Below are positions 40,549-50,876 of a stretch of DNA of 64,000 nucleotides, piece after piece. Within the stretch, counting starts at the first letter, position 1. Each line of letters opens with the position of its first letter. The stretch spans positions 1 through 64,000 of the forward strand of contig CAWFJP010000002.1 in assembly GCA_963816145.1 (NCBI GenBank), given 5' to 3'. The stretch is from an uncultured delta proteobacterium. Lineage in GTDB: Bacteria > Desulfobacterota > Binatia > UBA9968. The notes beneath the pieces are model-generated. The model did not search any database and was not told the DNA's origin. It worked only from the letters and a program-made list of their open reading frames with translations. A program made the position numbers and the translations under genes.

Positions 40549-40620
40549 TCCGTCATACCGGCGAAAGCCGGTATCCATCCCCGCCCTTCCATGGATGCCG
40601 GCCTCCGCCGGTATGACGGA
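40549..40620. repeat. REP-like palindrome (GTCAT.CC.GCGAAAGC.GG.ATCCA class)
   Basis: Perfect 15-bp IR TCCGTCATACCGGCG...CGCCGGTATGACGGA with internal hairpins. Confidence 0.85.
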
Positions 40621-40839
40621 TCAATGAAAGTACCTGTGGAGGGATGCCGGGCAATTTCATACTCTGTAGACGAGCGTACGCTCATGACCACTCTGTGGTT
40701 AGATCCCCTGTTGCCACCACGCAGGCTTTTTCTTCGCATTGTTGCCATTCTTACTATCAGTTCTTCTTAGATCTGCGAAATCTTCGGACCGAATCACCGA
40801 AGTTACTGGTGATCGCTGGTATTTGTAAACGTCCCACAT

Positions 40840-40855
40840 TGGCATAGGCTGTGCG
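40840..40855 (+). promoter_or_regulatory. Candidate sigma-54 promoter (glgP operon)
   Basis: TGGCATAGGCTGTGCG = GG-N10-GC. Confidence 0.65.
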
Positions 40856-40898
40856 ATCTTCCTATACAGTGTAACTAAACGATTACGACGAAAGCACA

Positions 40899-42587
40899 AT
40901 GACCGATCGATCCATCGCATATTTTTCCATGGAAATTGGCTTGGCCGCCGGCATTCCGACCTACAGCGGTGGGTTGGGCGTGCTGGCCGGCGACACGATT
41001 CGCGCCGCGATGGATCTCAAAGTTAAAATGTTGGCGGTGAGTCTGATTCATCGCCGGGGTTATTTTTACCAGCGACTCGATTCGAGTGGCTGGCAACGCG
41101 AGGAGCCGGTGGAATGGTCGGTGGGAGATTTTCTCAGCGAAATGCCGCAGCGAGTTTCCGTGTCGATCGAGGGGCGCACGGTTTGGCTGCGGGCTTGGAA
41201 GTACGAGGTCCATGACTCCGGCGATTTTGTCGTGCCGGTGTTCTTACTGGATGCCGATCTGCCGGAAAACGCTGCATGGGACCGGACACTGACTCACTAC
41301 TTATATGGCGGTGATCAATATTACCGGCTGGCCCAGGAAGTGATTCTCGGCATCGGCGGTGTGCGGATGCTGCGCGCTCTCGGCTACCGCGATATCGAAC
41401 GCTTTCACATGAACGAAGGCCACGCCAGCCTGCTGACCTTGGAGCTGTTGGATGAAGAGGCGAAACGCTGCGGCCGCACCAACGTCACGCGCGACGATAT
41501 CGAGGCGGTGCGCAAGAAGTGTGTGTTTACGACCCACACCCCGGTGGCCGCGGGCCATGACAAGTTTCCCATGGAGTTGGTTAGCCGCGTGCTCGACCGC
41601 GGCGAACTCGAAGAGATGAAAGACGTCTTTTGCTGCGACGACTTGCTCAACATGACTTATCTCGCGCTCAATGTCAGCCACTACGTCAATGGGGTGGCGA
41701 AGCGGCACGGCGAAATCTCCCGGCTCATGTACGCCGGCTACAATATCGATGCGATCACCAATGGCGTGCACGGGGCAACCTGGGCCGCGGAGTCGTTGGC
41801 CGGTCTTTACGACCGGTATATTCCGGGTTGGCGCCAGGACAACTGCAGCCTGCGTTACGCTCTGAACATCCCGCCGGAGGAAGTCTGGCAAGCGCATGTC
41901 CAGGCGAAGAAGGCTCTAACCCAGTACGTCAATCAGGAAACCAACGCGGGCATCGATGTCGATGTTTTGACCATCGGTTTTGCTCGCCGCGCGGCGGCCT
42001 ATAAGCGCGCCGACCTGCTTTTCACCGACATGGAGAGACTCAAAGCGATCTCGGCGGCAAACGGCGGTCTGCAGATCGTTTATGCCGGTAAAGCCCATCC
42101 CCAGGATAATTCCGGCAAGGAAGTAATCCAACGGATTTACCGCGCCAAGGAGGTACTGCGCGCCAACATCAAGATCGCCTACCTGGAAAACTACAATATG
42201 GAAATCGGCAAGTTGATGACTGCGGGTGTCGATGTCTGGCTCAATACACCGCAACCGCCGCTCGAAGCTTCGGGAACCAGCGGCATGAAGGCGGCCATAA
42301 ACGGCGTGCCGAGTTTCAGCGTGCTTGATGGCTGGTGGGCCGAGGGTTGCATCGAAGGTGTGACCGGATGGTCGATCGGCTCGAAAGAGATAGATCCGGC
42401 CGGCCCGGCAAATCATACCCAAGATGCGGCATCGCTCTATGACAAGCTCGAAGCTGTCATCCTACCGTTATTTTATCAAAATCGCAGCGGCTTTCTTGAT
42501 GTCATGCGCCATGCGATCGCGCTCAACGGTTCGTTTTTCAACACCCACCGCATGCTGCAGCAATATGTGTTGAAGGCGTACTTTTGA
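40899..42587 (+). CDS. glgP: Alpha-glucan (glycogen/maltodextrin) phosphorylase, short form
   Basis: [24 protein letters not shown] and PLP motif EASGTSGMK. Confidence 0.95.
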   Translation: MTDRSIAYFSMEIGLAAGIPTYSGGLGVLAGDTIRAAMDLKVKMLAVSLIHRRGYFYQRLDSSGWQREEPVEWSVGDFLSEMPQRVSVSIEGRTVWLRAWKYEVHDSGDFVVPVFLLDADLPENAAWDRTLTHYLYGGDQYYRLAQEVILGIGGVRMLRALGYRDIERFHMNEGHASLLTLELLDEEAKRCGRTNVTRDDIEAVRKKCVFTTHTPVAAGHDKFPMELVSRVLDRGELEEMKDVFCCDDLLNMTYLALNVSHYVNGVAKRHGEISRLMYAGYNIDAITNGVHGATWAAESLAGLYDRYIPGWRQDNCSLRYALNIPPEEVWQAHVQAKKALTQYVNQETNAGIDVDVLTIGFARRAAAYKRADLLFTDMERLKAISAANGGLQIVYAGKAHPQDNSGKEVIQRIYRAKEVLRANIKIAYLENYNMEIGKLMTAGVDVWLNTPQPPLEASGTSGMKAAINGVPSFSVLDGWWAEGCIEGVTGWSIGSKEIDPAGPANHTQDAASLYDKLEAVILPLFYQNRSGFLDVMRHAIALNGSFFNTHRMLQQYVLKAYF

Positions 42588-42658
42588 ATATCATGAAGGA
42601 AGAAGGCGGAAGGATAACGGAAGACGGATGAGGCGGAAGGTTTGGACGGAACGAAAGG

Positions 42659-43945
42659 ATGACACTGAGACACACATCAATTCTCGGCAAAGCGCTGGCG
42701 GTTGCCGCACTAACCGGGTTGGTCGTAGCGGCCTTGTGGTTTTGGCTGCGGCCTGTCGAGGTGTCGACCGCCGAGGTTAGCGTTCGCGAGCTTCACCCGA
42801 TGGTTCAGGGCGTCGGCACCGTTGAAGCCAAGCTTGTGGTTGCCCTCGCCGCTAAAATCACTGGGCGGATTAGCGCAATGAATGTCGATCAAGGTGATGT
42901 TGTACGGACTAGCCAGCTGTTGGTCAAATTGGAGAACTCCGAATTGACCGCGGAGGTGGAGCGGGCGGCGGCAAACCTGGAGCGCGTCAAGTTGGGCTTG
43001 CTGACGCAAGAGGCGGCGCTGCTGCGCGCGCAAGCCGGACTCGCGGCGGCTGACGCAGCGATCGCCAAGGCGCGCTCCAACCAATTGCTCGCGCAGGCCA
43101 ACGCCGAACGCTGGCGCAAGTTGGCCGCCACCGACTTAGTGGCGCAAATGGATCTCGACGAGCGGCTCAATGCCGCCAAGTCCGCCGACGCCGAGCTACG
43201 CAGTGCCGAGGCTTTGCGTGAAGCGGCGGCCAAGGACGTGTCGGCGCAGGAAATTGCCCTGAAGGCGGTACCGCAAGACATCGCTGCTGGCGTTGCGGCG
43301 CTCGCCTCGGCGCGAGCCAGGAACGCGGAAACAAACATCGCCAGTCCTATCGATGGCTATGTCATCAGCCGGGAATTGGAAGCTGGTGCCGCGGTCAATG
43401 TCGGCACGCCGATTCTCAAGCTTGCCGATCCAGCGTCGATCTGGGTGACGGTTTTCGTCGATGAGCGAGAGGCGGGATCGCTGTCGGTGGGTGATCCGGC
43501 CGATGTGTCATTGCGCTCGATTGCAGGACGGCCGTTTGGCGGCAAGATCACGCGCATCCGGCGCGAAAGCGATCGAGTGACCGAACAGCGCACCGTCGAT
43601 ATTCGCTTCGATGAGCGGCCGCCGCGTCTGACACTCGGCGAGCAGGCCGAAGCGGCAATCCGCCCGAGCGCGAAAAAAGCCTTGGCGTTGCCGCTGGCCG
43701 CCGTCGTTCAGTCGCCCAAAGGCGCCGGCGCTTGGACCGTGGTCGATGGCCGTATGCGCTTCAAACCTGGCCGTTTCGGTGTCGCCGATCGCGCCGGCTG
43801 GATCGAGGTGATCGAAGGTTTCTCCGGCGGCGAGCGGGTGATTACCGCACCGGGCCGGCTCGCCGATCTCAAAAATGACGGCCGCCGCGTGGCGGTCGTC
43901 CACGCGGAATCCGACGCGCTGGCGGCGGAAAAATCGCCGCCATGA
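42659..43945 (+). CDS. Efflux membrane-fusion/periplasmic adaptor protein
   Basis: N-terminal TM, lipoyl halves (VDQGDVV, IASPIDG), long coiled coil. Confidence 0.92.
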   Translation: MTLRHTSILGKALAVAALTGLVVAALWFWLRPVEVSTAEVSVRELHPMVQGVGTVEAKLVVALAAKITGRISAMNVDQGDVVRTSQLLVKLENSELTAEVERAAANLERVKLGLLTQEAALLRAQAGLAAADAAIAKARSNQLLAQANAERWRKLAATDLVAQMDLDERLNAAKSADAELRSAEALREAAAKDVSAQEIALKAVPQDIAAGVAALASARARNAETNIASPIDGYVISRELEAGAAVNVGTPILKLADPASIWVTVFVDEREAGSLSVGDPADVSLRSIAGRPFGGKITRIRRESDRVTEQRTVDIRFDERPPRLTLGEQAEAAIRPSAKKALALPLAAVVQSPKGAGAWTVVDGRMRFKPGRFGVADRAGWIEVIEGFSGGERVITAPGRLADLKNDGRRVAVVHAESDALAAEKSPP

Positions 43946-45138
43946 ATCTCGCCATTCGTGACGTCAAGTACCGCTTGGGCCGTTTCGTTCTGACCGCGAT
44001 CGGTGTCGGCCTATTGCTCGCCACCGTGATGGCGATGGGCGGCATCTATCGCGGCATGGTCGAGGATGCGCTCAGCATCGTGCGCTCGCCGGGCGCCGAC
44101 CTGTGGGTGGTGCAAAAGGACACCAACGGTCCGTTTGCCGAGACCTCGCGCATTCCCGACGATCTTTACCGCGTCGTGCGGGCGGTTCCCGGCGTGCGCG
44201 AAGCCAGCCCCATCGCATTTCAATCGGTTCAGCTTGTCTACCGTTCGGTTTCCATGCGCACGCAAATCATCGGTTACCGCCCCGGCAATCTTGGCGCGCC
44301 GCCGGCGGTGGCGGCGGGGCGGCCGCTCGCCGCGGGTCGTTATGAAATGGTGCTCGACCGCAAGTCAGGGATTCCCCTCGGTGCGCGCCTGCCGCTGGGA
44401 CGGATGATCTTCACCGTGGTGGGTCTGACCGAAGGGATCGTCTCCAGTTCCGGCGATTCAACCGCTTATGTTTCGCTGCAAGATGCTCAAGAGTTGCAGT
44501 TTCTCAAGGCCAATGAGGCGGTGCGCAATGAACGGGCGCGCTTGCAGGCCGATCTGAGAGCCGATCCTGCGCTCGCTGGCGTTTCCAGCGCCGCACTCGG
44601 ATCGGTAATTCAGAACACCAACCTGGCCAACGCGATCTTGGTGCGTCTTGAGCCTTGGGCGGAGCCGGCTGGAGTCGCCAGGAGTATTGAGCGCTGGAAT
44701 CACTATCGGGCGATGACCACGGCGGAGCAGGAAGATGTGCTCGCCAAAAACGTCATCGAACGGGCGCGCCAGCAGATTCTACTCTTCAGAATCATCCTGC
44801 TGGCGGTTTCGACTGTGATCATCGCGTTGATCATCTACACGATGACCATGGAGAAAAGCCGCGACATCGCCACGCTCAAAATCATCGGCGCGGCCAATTT
44901 CAAGATCGGTGCCATGATTTTACAGGAGTCGTTGGCCTTGGGGCTGCTTGGCTATGTTTTTGGTGCGCTGCTGATCAATTTAACCTATGAAAAGTTTCCG
45001 CGCCGGGTGGCGATTCTGGGGTTCGATCAAACCATACTGTTCGCGATCGTCACGTTCATCTGCGTAGCGGCGAGCATCGTCGGCATCCGGCGCGCTTTGG
45101 CGATCGATCCGACCACGGCCATGGCGGGAGGGACCTGA
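43942..45138 (+). CDS. ABC exporter permease (FtsX/MacB/DevC-like)
   Basis: [17 protein letters not shown], 1+3 TM topology. Confidence 0.9.
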   Translation: MNLAIRDVKYRLGRFVLTAIGVGLLLATVMAMGGIYRGMVEDALSIVRSPGADLWVVQKDTNGPFAETSRIPDDLYRVVRAVPGVREASPIAFQSVQLVYRSVSMRTQIIGYRPGNLGAPPAVAAGRPLAAGRYEMVLDRKSGIPLGARLPLGRMIFTVVGLTEGIVSSSGDSTAYVSLQDAQELQFLKANEAVRNERARLQADLRADPALAGVSSAALGSVIQNTNLANAILVRLEPWAEPAGVARSIERWNHYRAMTTAEQEDVLAKNVIERARQQILLFRIILLAVSTVIIALIIYTMTMEKSRDIATLKIIGAANFKIGAMILQESLALGLLGYVFGALLINLTYEKFPRRVAILGFDQTILFAIVTFICVAASIVGIRRALAIDPTTAMAGGT

Positions 45139-45818
45139 TGTTGGCGGTCGCGGCGGCGAATTTGACCAAGATTTTCGGCCAGGGCGATAGCCAGATCGTT
45201 GCGCTCAAGGACGCCCAGGTTTCGGTCGAGCCGGGAGAGATCGTCGCGCTCATGGGTCCGAGCGGTTCGGGTAAGACGACGCTGCTGCGCGCGCTGTCGC
45301 TGATCGATCCGCCGACCTCGGGCCGGATAGCGATCGGTGGTGAAAACATTTTCGACGGCGAGCGGGTACTGATCGATGACCGCCAGCTGCGGCGCCAGCG
45401 CATGGGGATCATCTTTCAGGCTTACAATCTGATACCGTTTCTGACCACGGTGGAGAATGTCGCGCTGGTGTTGACCCTCAACGGGATTTCCCAACTTGAC
45501 GCGCTGGTACGAGCTCGCGCCTTGCTCCAGCGCCTCGGTCTTGGTCATCGCGCCGACATCTATCCAACCACGCTGTCGGGCGGTGAGCAGCAGCGGGTCG
45601 CGGTCGCTCGCGCGGTGATCAACGATCCCGCCGTGATTCTCGCCGATGAACCGACGGCGGCGCTCGATACCGAAAGAGGTAAGGCGGTCATGGAGCTGCT
45701 GCGCAATCTCGGGCGCACCCGGCACGCGGCGGTGATCGTGGTGACCCATGATGAAAGAATGATCGAGGGTTTCGACCGGGTGTATCACATGATCGATGGG
45801 CAAATTACCAATCATTGA
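45138..45818 (+). CDS. ABC ATP-binding protein (LolD/MacB/DevA-like)
   Basis: [27 protein letters not shown]. Confidence 0.95.
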   Translation: MLAVAAANLTKIFGQGDSQIVALKDAQVSVEPGEIVALMGPSGSGKTTLLRALSLIDPPTSGRIAIGGENIFDGERVLIDDRQLRRQRMGIIFQAYNLIPFLTTVENVALVLTLNGISQLDALVRARALLQRLGLGHRADIYPTTLSGGEQQRVAVARAVINDPAVILADEPTAALDTERGKAVMELLRNLGRTRHAAVIVVTHDERMIEGFDRVYHMIDGQITNH

Positions 45819-45841
45819 TCCCGGCAGAGGAGGGTTGCTGT

Positions 45842-46000
45842 ATGTATGACTGGCTTTGGTTTGTTGGGTTTTTCGCCGTCTACGTTGTCTTGATGCGCTG
45901 GGTGCTGCCGTGGCTCGGCGTGCCGACTTGAATGTCGTCCGCTTGCGGCGTCGAGTCTCGACGCCAAGATGAAGAAAAGAAACCGGAGTCGGTGCGATGA
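45842..46000 (+). CDS. Candidate 52-aa membrane selenoprotein (in-frame TGA at 45929-45931)
   Basis: GAGGAGG RBS; MYDWLWFVGFFAVYVVLMRWVLPWLGVPT-U-MSSACGVESRRQDEEKKPESVR; hairpin 3' of the TGA; second stop overlaps ackA ATG. Confidence 0.65.
45942..45968 (+). promoter_or_regulatory. Candidate bacterial SECIS hairpin
   Basis: GGCGTCGA-GTC-TCGACGCC perfect 8-bp stem, extended by CTT/AAG; loop G is 24 nt after the TGA. Confidence 0.6.
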
Positions 46001-47196
46001 GAGTGCTGGTGCTCAACTGCGGCAGTTCGACGCTCAAGTTTCAGTTGATCGAAACCTCGGACTCTGGTGCAACGGAGCGAAAACTGGCGCGCGGTATCGT
46101 CGATCGGATCGGCGGCCCGGCTTCCTACCATTTTGAGACGAACGGCACTAGCGTTGACGAGAAGGCGTTGGCGGTGGCTAACCACGAAGAGGCAGCGCGA
46201 CTGGTGATCGACTGGCTGCGATCCAAGCCCGGGCTAGAGTCCATCGACGCTGTCGGCCATCGAGTAGTTCACGGCGGCGAACGATTCACCGCTTCGGTAT
46301 TAATCGACGACAATGTTATCGCTACCCTGGAAGCGCTTTGCGAGATCGCGCCGCTGCACAATCCGGGTGCGGTCTTAGGCATTCGTGCAGCACAAAAAAT
46401 TCTCGGTGCTGCTATACCCATGGTCGCGGCGTTCGACACATCGTTTCATCACACGATTCCCCAGCAGGCCGCAACCTACGCGATCCCCTACGAACTCTCA
46501 TTGAAACATAAAATTCGCCGCTACGGCTTCCACGGCCTGGCGCATCAGTACGATATCGCGCGTTACGCGGAGCTTTGCGCTAAATTGCCCGCGCAGGTAA
46601 ACGCCATCACCTTGCATCTCGGCAATGGCTGCTCGGCGACGGCGATCCGTAACGGCGAATCGATCGATACCTCAATGGGGTTTACGCCGCTCGAAGGGTT
46701 GGTGATGGGCACGCGCTCGGGCGATCTCGATCCGGCGCTGGTGACTTTATTGGCGCGGAAGGAGCAGGTGGACGCCGCGGCAGTTGAGAGTTGGCTTAAC
46801 ACCCGTTCGGGGCTGCTGGGACTTTCCGGAATTTCCAATGATATGCGCGAATTGACCGCCGCGTATCGGACCGATCCGCGCGCGCGTTTGGCGGTCGATG
46901 TGTTTTGTTACCGGGCGCGCAAGTATCTCGGCGCCTATCTGACGGTGCTCGGCGGCGTGGCGCAGGCGGTGATCTTCAGCGGCGGCATCGGTGAGAATGC
47001 GCCGTTGGTGCGAAAGAAGATTCTCGACCGCATGGAGTGGTGCGGCTTGAGCCTGGACGATACGGCGAACGACCGCATCATCGGCTGCGACGGAAAAATC
47101 TCTACCGCTCGATCGAAGCTCGATGTCTTCGTCATTCATACGGACGAAGAGGCGGTCATCGCGCGAGAGACGGCGCGGCTCATCGAAGGTAGATGA
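45997..47196 (+). CDS. ackA: Acetate/propionate kinase
   Basis: VLNCGSST, GHRVVHGG, APLHNP, RYGFHG, HLGNG, GTRSGD, GGIGEN. Confidence 0.97.
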   Translation: MRVLVLNCGSSTLKFQLIETSDSGATERKLARGIVDRIGGPASYHFETNGTSVDEKALAVANHEEAARLVIDWLRSKPGLESIDAVGHRVVHGGERFTASVLIDDNVIATLEALCEIAPLHNPGAVLGIRAAQKILGAAIPMVAAFDTSFHHTIPQQAATYAIPYELSLKHKIRRYGFHGLAHQYDIARYAELCAKLPAQVNAITLHLGNGCSATAIRNGESIDTSMGFTPLEGLVMGTRSGDLDPALVTLLARKEQVDAAAVESWLNTRSGLLGLSGISNDMRELTAAYRTDPRARLAVDVFCYRARKYLGAYLTVLGGVAQAVIFSGGIGENAPLVRKKILDRMEWCGLSLDDTANDRIIGCDGKISTARSKLDVFVIHTDEEAVIARETARLIEGR

Positions 47197-47372
47197 CAGC
47201 TATGATTTACACTCTGGTTTCGTGGCTTGGCCGATGAGAAGGACTATTTGTGAAGGAACGGTCGCAACCAGGTTTGGAGCGCCGGTTTCGCAAACTTGCG
47301 AGGCGGTTCCGGTGAATTTCGCATGGGCGCAAAGGTTGGTCACCTATGTGCCATCGGGGGCTAGGTATTTCG

Positions 47373-47388
47373 TGGTATGGAGTTTGCT
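47373..47388 (+). promoter_or_regulatory. Candidate sigma-54 promoter
   Basis: TGGTATGGAGTTTGCT = GG-N10-GC with TTGCT. Confidence 0.6.
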
Positions 47389-47465
47389 CTTTTTTGAAAT
47401 CGAGACGATGGCAATACTGGGCGACGGCTCAAAGCCGCGAATCGCATGGAAGGAAGGTACAAGCC

Positions 47466-48422
47466 ATGCCGTTAACTGAAAATAGCGCCACTGCGACGGA
47501 ATTGAGAAACGAGCAGATCGAGAAATACTGGGCTGGGGACTTGGCTCGCAGAAGCTACGTCTTTCGCCGCCAGCGCAAGGCGATACTGGAAAATTGCCGG
47601 CGTATCGCCGTGGTCGGCGCCAGCGCCGATCCCAACAGCCCGATTTTTATCGCCATCGAAAAACTTCTTGGAATGGGGCTGGAGATTATTCCCGTGTTTC
47701 CGGGCCGCGAGAGCCTGCTTGGGCTACGCTGTTACGCCAAGCTAAGCGATGTACCTGGCGTCCTCGACATCGTGCAAGTCTATCCGAGCGACAACATCGA
47801 TTTTGTCGAGCTTGCCCGCGAAGCGGTGGCGAAGAACGTCAACACGTTCTGGATGGAGCCCGGCCTGGCAGCGTCGCGCGAGGTCGAAGAGATCTTGGTG
47901 AATGGCAGAGTTCACGTGGTCGAATACGAGAATCTCGAAACCGAGTATCTCAAGCACCTGCCGTTTACGACGGTGACGGCGGCGTCACGCAAGGACAGAA
48001 AAGCCACTAAAGTTAGAGAACGGATGTCCAAAAATCCCGCCACCGTGACACCTGACGGCGGTCTCAAAGATGCGATCTGGAAGATGGAACATGGTCATTT
48101 TCGCCACCTCCCAGTGGTGGATGGCCATGACAAGCTAATCGGCATGCTCACCGACCGCGACGTGCGGCAGATCAAACCGTCGCTGGCCTTCACCTCTAAA
48201 GAGGACGCGGCGGTGCAGCTCTGGTCGATCTCGGTACAGCAGGCGGCCGTGTTCGATCCGATTAGCGTGAAGCCCGAGACTTCGCTCAAGGAAGCGGCTG
48301 AGCTTATGTTGCGCTGGCATGTTGGCGGCCTGCCGGTGGTTGACGATCACGACAGACTCATCGGTATCCTGACCTACACCGATATCTTGCGCGAGTTCGT
48401 CGGCCGTGAGGATAATCACTAG
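47466..48422 (+). CDS. CoA-binding (YccU-like) domain + CBS-pair fusion protein
   Basis: IAVVGAS..P, IIPVFP, DIVQVY, FWMEPG, followed by two AcuB-like CBS motifs. Confidence 0.82.
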   Translation: MPLTENSATATELRNEQIEKYWAGDLARRSYVFRRQRKAILENCRRIAVVGASADPNSPIFIAIEKLLGMGLEIIPVFPGRESLLGLRCYAKLSDVPGVLDIVQVYPSDNIDFVELAREAVAKNVNTFWMEPGLAASREVEEILVNGRVHVVEYENLETEYLKHLPFTTVTAASRKDRKATKVRERMSKNPATVTPDGGLKDAIWKMEHGHFRHLPVVDGHDKLIGMLTDRDVRQIKPSLAFTSKEDAAVQLWSISVQQAAVFDPISVKPETSLKEAAELMLRWHVGGLPVVDDHDRLIGILTYTDILREFVGREDNH

Positions 48423-48483
48423 AAATGAAGACAAAAGCCTGAAGCGGAGAATTAACCGCAAAGAGGGCAAAAAATAATCGGAA

Positions 48484-48588
48484 TATCTGCCGCAAAGACG
48501 CCAAGGCGCAAAGGTCAGTTAACAGGATATTTTTGGACCTAATTATTTATTTACGAACTTCGCGACTTTGCGCCTTGGCGGGAGAATA
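48484..48588. repeat. Palindromic element with the same arms as 9403/17587 but an AT-rich core
   Basis: CCGCAAAGACGCCAAGGCGCAAAG ... CTTCGCGACTTTGCGCCTTGGCGGGAG. Confidence 0.8.
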
Positions 48589-48614
48589 TCGGAATCCAGA
48601 ATATTAGGTGACTC

Positions 48615-49097
48615 GTGGCTGAAGCACGCGATTATTTTTACGAAACCGAGATCGAATGGCAGGTGGCGAAACACGGTCAGGTGCAAAGCGCCGGCTTAGC
48701 TCCGATCACCACCGGCACGCCGCCGGAGTTTAACGGGCGCGCCGGCGATTGGTCGCCGGAGCATCTGCTGGTGGCGTCCTTGAACAGCTGTTACATGCTG
48801 ACGTTTCTCGCCATCGCCGAGTTTTCCAAAATCGCCGTCGTGAGTTTTTCCGCAAGCGCCAAGGGCAAACTGGAAAAAGCCGAGGGCGGCACCTATCAAA
48901 TCACCGAGATCATCGTCAAGCCGCATGTGGTGATCGCCTCGGCCAATGACTTGCCGCGCATGCCGCGCATCTTGGAAAAAGCCAAAGAGAATTGTTTCAT
49001 CTCCAATTCGATCAAGAGCAAGATCAAGATCGAGCCGCAAGTGTTTCATCACCAGACTCCTGCGTCGCCTTGCCCGTTGGGGGAAGGCCCGAAATAG
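48615..49097 (+). CDS. OsmC/Ohr-family protein
   Basis: PPEFNG, WSPEHLLVASLNSC, KENCFISNS (both Cys present). Confidence 0.9.
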   Translation: MAEARDYFYETEIEWQVAKHGQVQSAGLAPITTGTPPEFNGRAGDWSPEHLLVASLNSCYMLTFLAIAEFSKIAVVSFSASAKGKLEKAEGGTYQITEIIVKPHVVIASANDLPRMPRILEKAKENCFISNSIKSKIKIEPQVFHHQTPASPCPLGEGPK

Positions 49098-49317
49098 CGC
49101 CAACTTTTGCCGAACCGGTCAGCGTCGCGGCATGGTGCTTGGGCTTGGCCGAGTGATGCGATGCCTGGTTGCATCAGTTTTTGCGGAAGTGCTTTGCCAT
49201 CCGGCCTCATAGGCAAAATGTACTCATCGATAGCCGGTATCTGATTTTCATCATTCGATCGGGTACGAATTTGTGCGTCCGGTTGAAGCGCCCTGGGCTC
49301 CAGGTTAAAACGATTGC

Positions 49318-50115
49318 GTGTCTTCCATCCTGGAATTGTTCTGGCTTGTTCCCCTGGGTTTTGTCGCCGGCGGTTACGGTACTTTGATCGGAGCAGGGGG
49401 CGGATTTATCCTCGCTCCTACGCTACTCTTGATCTACCCCGGTGAAGCGGCGGAAACTCTAACTGTCACTTCACTCAGTGTCGTGTTCTTCAATTCCCTA
49501 TCGGGAACTCTCGCTTATCTAAGATCGGGACGAATCGATTTTAAGTCGGGATTGATTTTTGCTCTGGCAACGATGCCAGGAGCTGTGGCTGGCGCCTTGA
49601 CCACCGCGGCGATTAGCCGCGCTCGCTTCAATCTGCTGTTTGGTGTTTTGCTCGTCGTCGTCGCCGTGTTTTTGGCGGTTAATCCACGCAGTAAGAGTGT
49701 TGCGGCAATGGCTCAAGCGGAAGGCGATGCCAAGCGACAGCTGACTCGCGGGACGATGATTATCGGCGCCGGTGTCAGCACGATTTTCGGTTTTATTTCC
49801 AGCTTCTTGGGGATCGGCGGCGGGTTTCTTTACGTTCCCGCGCTGGTTTATCTGATGAAGTATCCCGTACATGTCGCCACCGCCACATCACTTTTCGTTT
49901 TGGCCCTCACTTCCTTGACCGGCAGCGTCACTCACTACGCTGCCGGACTCTTTGACCAAGGTTTCCGCCAAGCCGTCGGTCTCTCTATCGGTGCGATCGT
50001 CGGCGCCCAGATCGCTGCGAGATTGTCGCGGCATATTCGCGGAGACTGGATCATCAGAAGTCTCGCCGTCGCCTTGGCGGTGGTGGGATTGCGCTTGGTC
50101 GTCTTAGCTGTGTAA
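49318..50115 (+). CDS. TauE/SafE (TSUP) sulfur-oxyanion exporter
   Basis: Duplicated GxGGG motifs (IGAGGGF, LGIGGGF), ATATSLF, ~8 TM. Confidence 0.9.
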   Translation: MSSILELFWLVPLGFVAGGYGTLIGAGGGFILAPTLLLIYPGEAAETLTVTSLSVVFFNSLSGTLAYLRSGRIDFKSGLIFALATMPGAVAGALTTAAISRARFNLLFGVLLVVVAVFLAVNPRSKSVAAMAQAEGDAKRQLTRGTMIIGAGVSTIFGFISSFLGIGGGFLYVPALVYLMKYPVHVATATSLFVLALTSLTGSVTHYAAGLFDQGFRQAVGLSIGAIVGAQIAARLSRHIRGDWIIRSLAVALAVVGLRLVVLAV

Positions 50116-50280
50116 AACCGCTAGCTATTCGCCGCCGCAACCGCCGAAATTGCTTTTCCCGCTGGTATTTCTGCCGAATACCTTTCTCTGATCAATTCGC
50201 GTTGACGCGAAAAACTGCCGCGAATATTGCAGTTATGAGAGTTTTTTGCCGGATTTCCTTGCCGGTGCGTGGTTCGCTCA

Positions 50281-50296
50281 TGGCACTGCTGTTGCG
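50281..50296 (+). promoter_or_regulatory. Candidate sigma-54 promoter
   Basis: TGGCACTGCTGTTGCG, near-consensus. Confidence 0.75.
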
Positions 50297-50344
50297 ATAA
50301 GCATTGCAGCGTAGGCCGTTAGGCGAATTCCACGAAGAGAGGAG

Positions 50345-50818
50345 GTGAAATGGATGAAAATGAAATCGTTTTTAGTGGGACTGACGGCGTTGGCGATTGG
50401 CTTGGTGTCTTCCGATAGCTTCGCGCAGCGTGGACCGGGGATGATGTGGCGGGGCAGTGGCGGCTGGGGGCCGGGGACGCAGTACAATCGCATGTACGAT
50501 CCGAAGACGGTGGAAACGATTAGCGGAGAAATTACCGTGGTCGATCGAATAACACCGGTCAAGGGCATGTCGGGCGGTGTGCACATGAATGTGAAGACCG
50601 ATAAGGAAACCATTTCGGTGCATCTCGGTCCGGGTTTTTACATCGAGAATCAGGATGTGAAGCTGCAAGCCAAAGACAAGGTCGAAGTGAAAGGTTCGCG
50701 GATCACGTTCGATGGCAAGCCGGCGATCATCGCCGCGGAAGTGAAGAAAGGCGACGAAGTATTGAAGCTGCGTGACGACGCCGGATTCCCGGTGTGGATT
50801 GGCTGGCGGCGCCGTTAA
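50345..50818 (+). CDS. Exported OB-fold-like protein
   Basis: Signal peptide, Gly/Met linker, YDPKTVETISG, VHLGP, LRDDAGFPVW. Confidence 0.7.
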   Translation: MKWMKMKSFLVGLTALAIGLVSSDSFAQRGPGMMWRGSGGWGPGTQYNRMYDPKTVETISGEITVVDRITPVKGMSGGVHMNVKTDKETISVHLGPGFYIENQDVKLQAKDKVEVKGSRITFDGKPAIIAAEVKKGDEVLKLRDDAGFPVWIGWRRR

Positions 50819-50876
50819 CCGTCAGCGCTTGATGCGGAAGATCGCGGCAGGACGACTAGGAAAAGTGGAGGCGTTT

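Noticed and set aside
42590-42640. Purine-rich GAAGG short repeats after glgP
   Set aside because: Short and degenerate; no structure or function can be supported.
50345-50818. Magnetosome gene (MamS/MamX-like domain resemblance)
   Set aside because: No other mam genes, and no CxxCH magnetochrome motifs in this protein.
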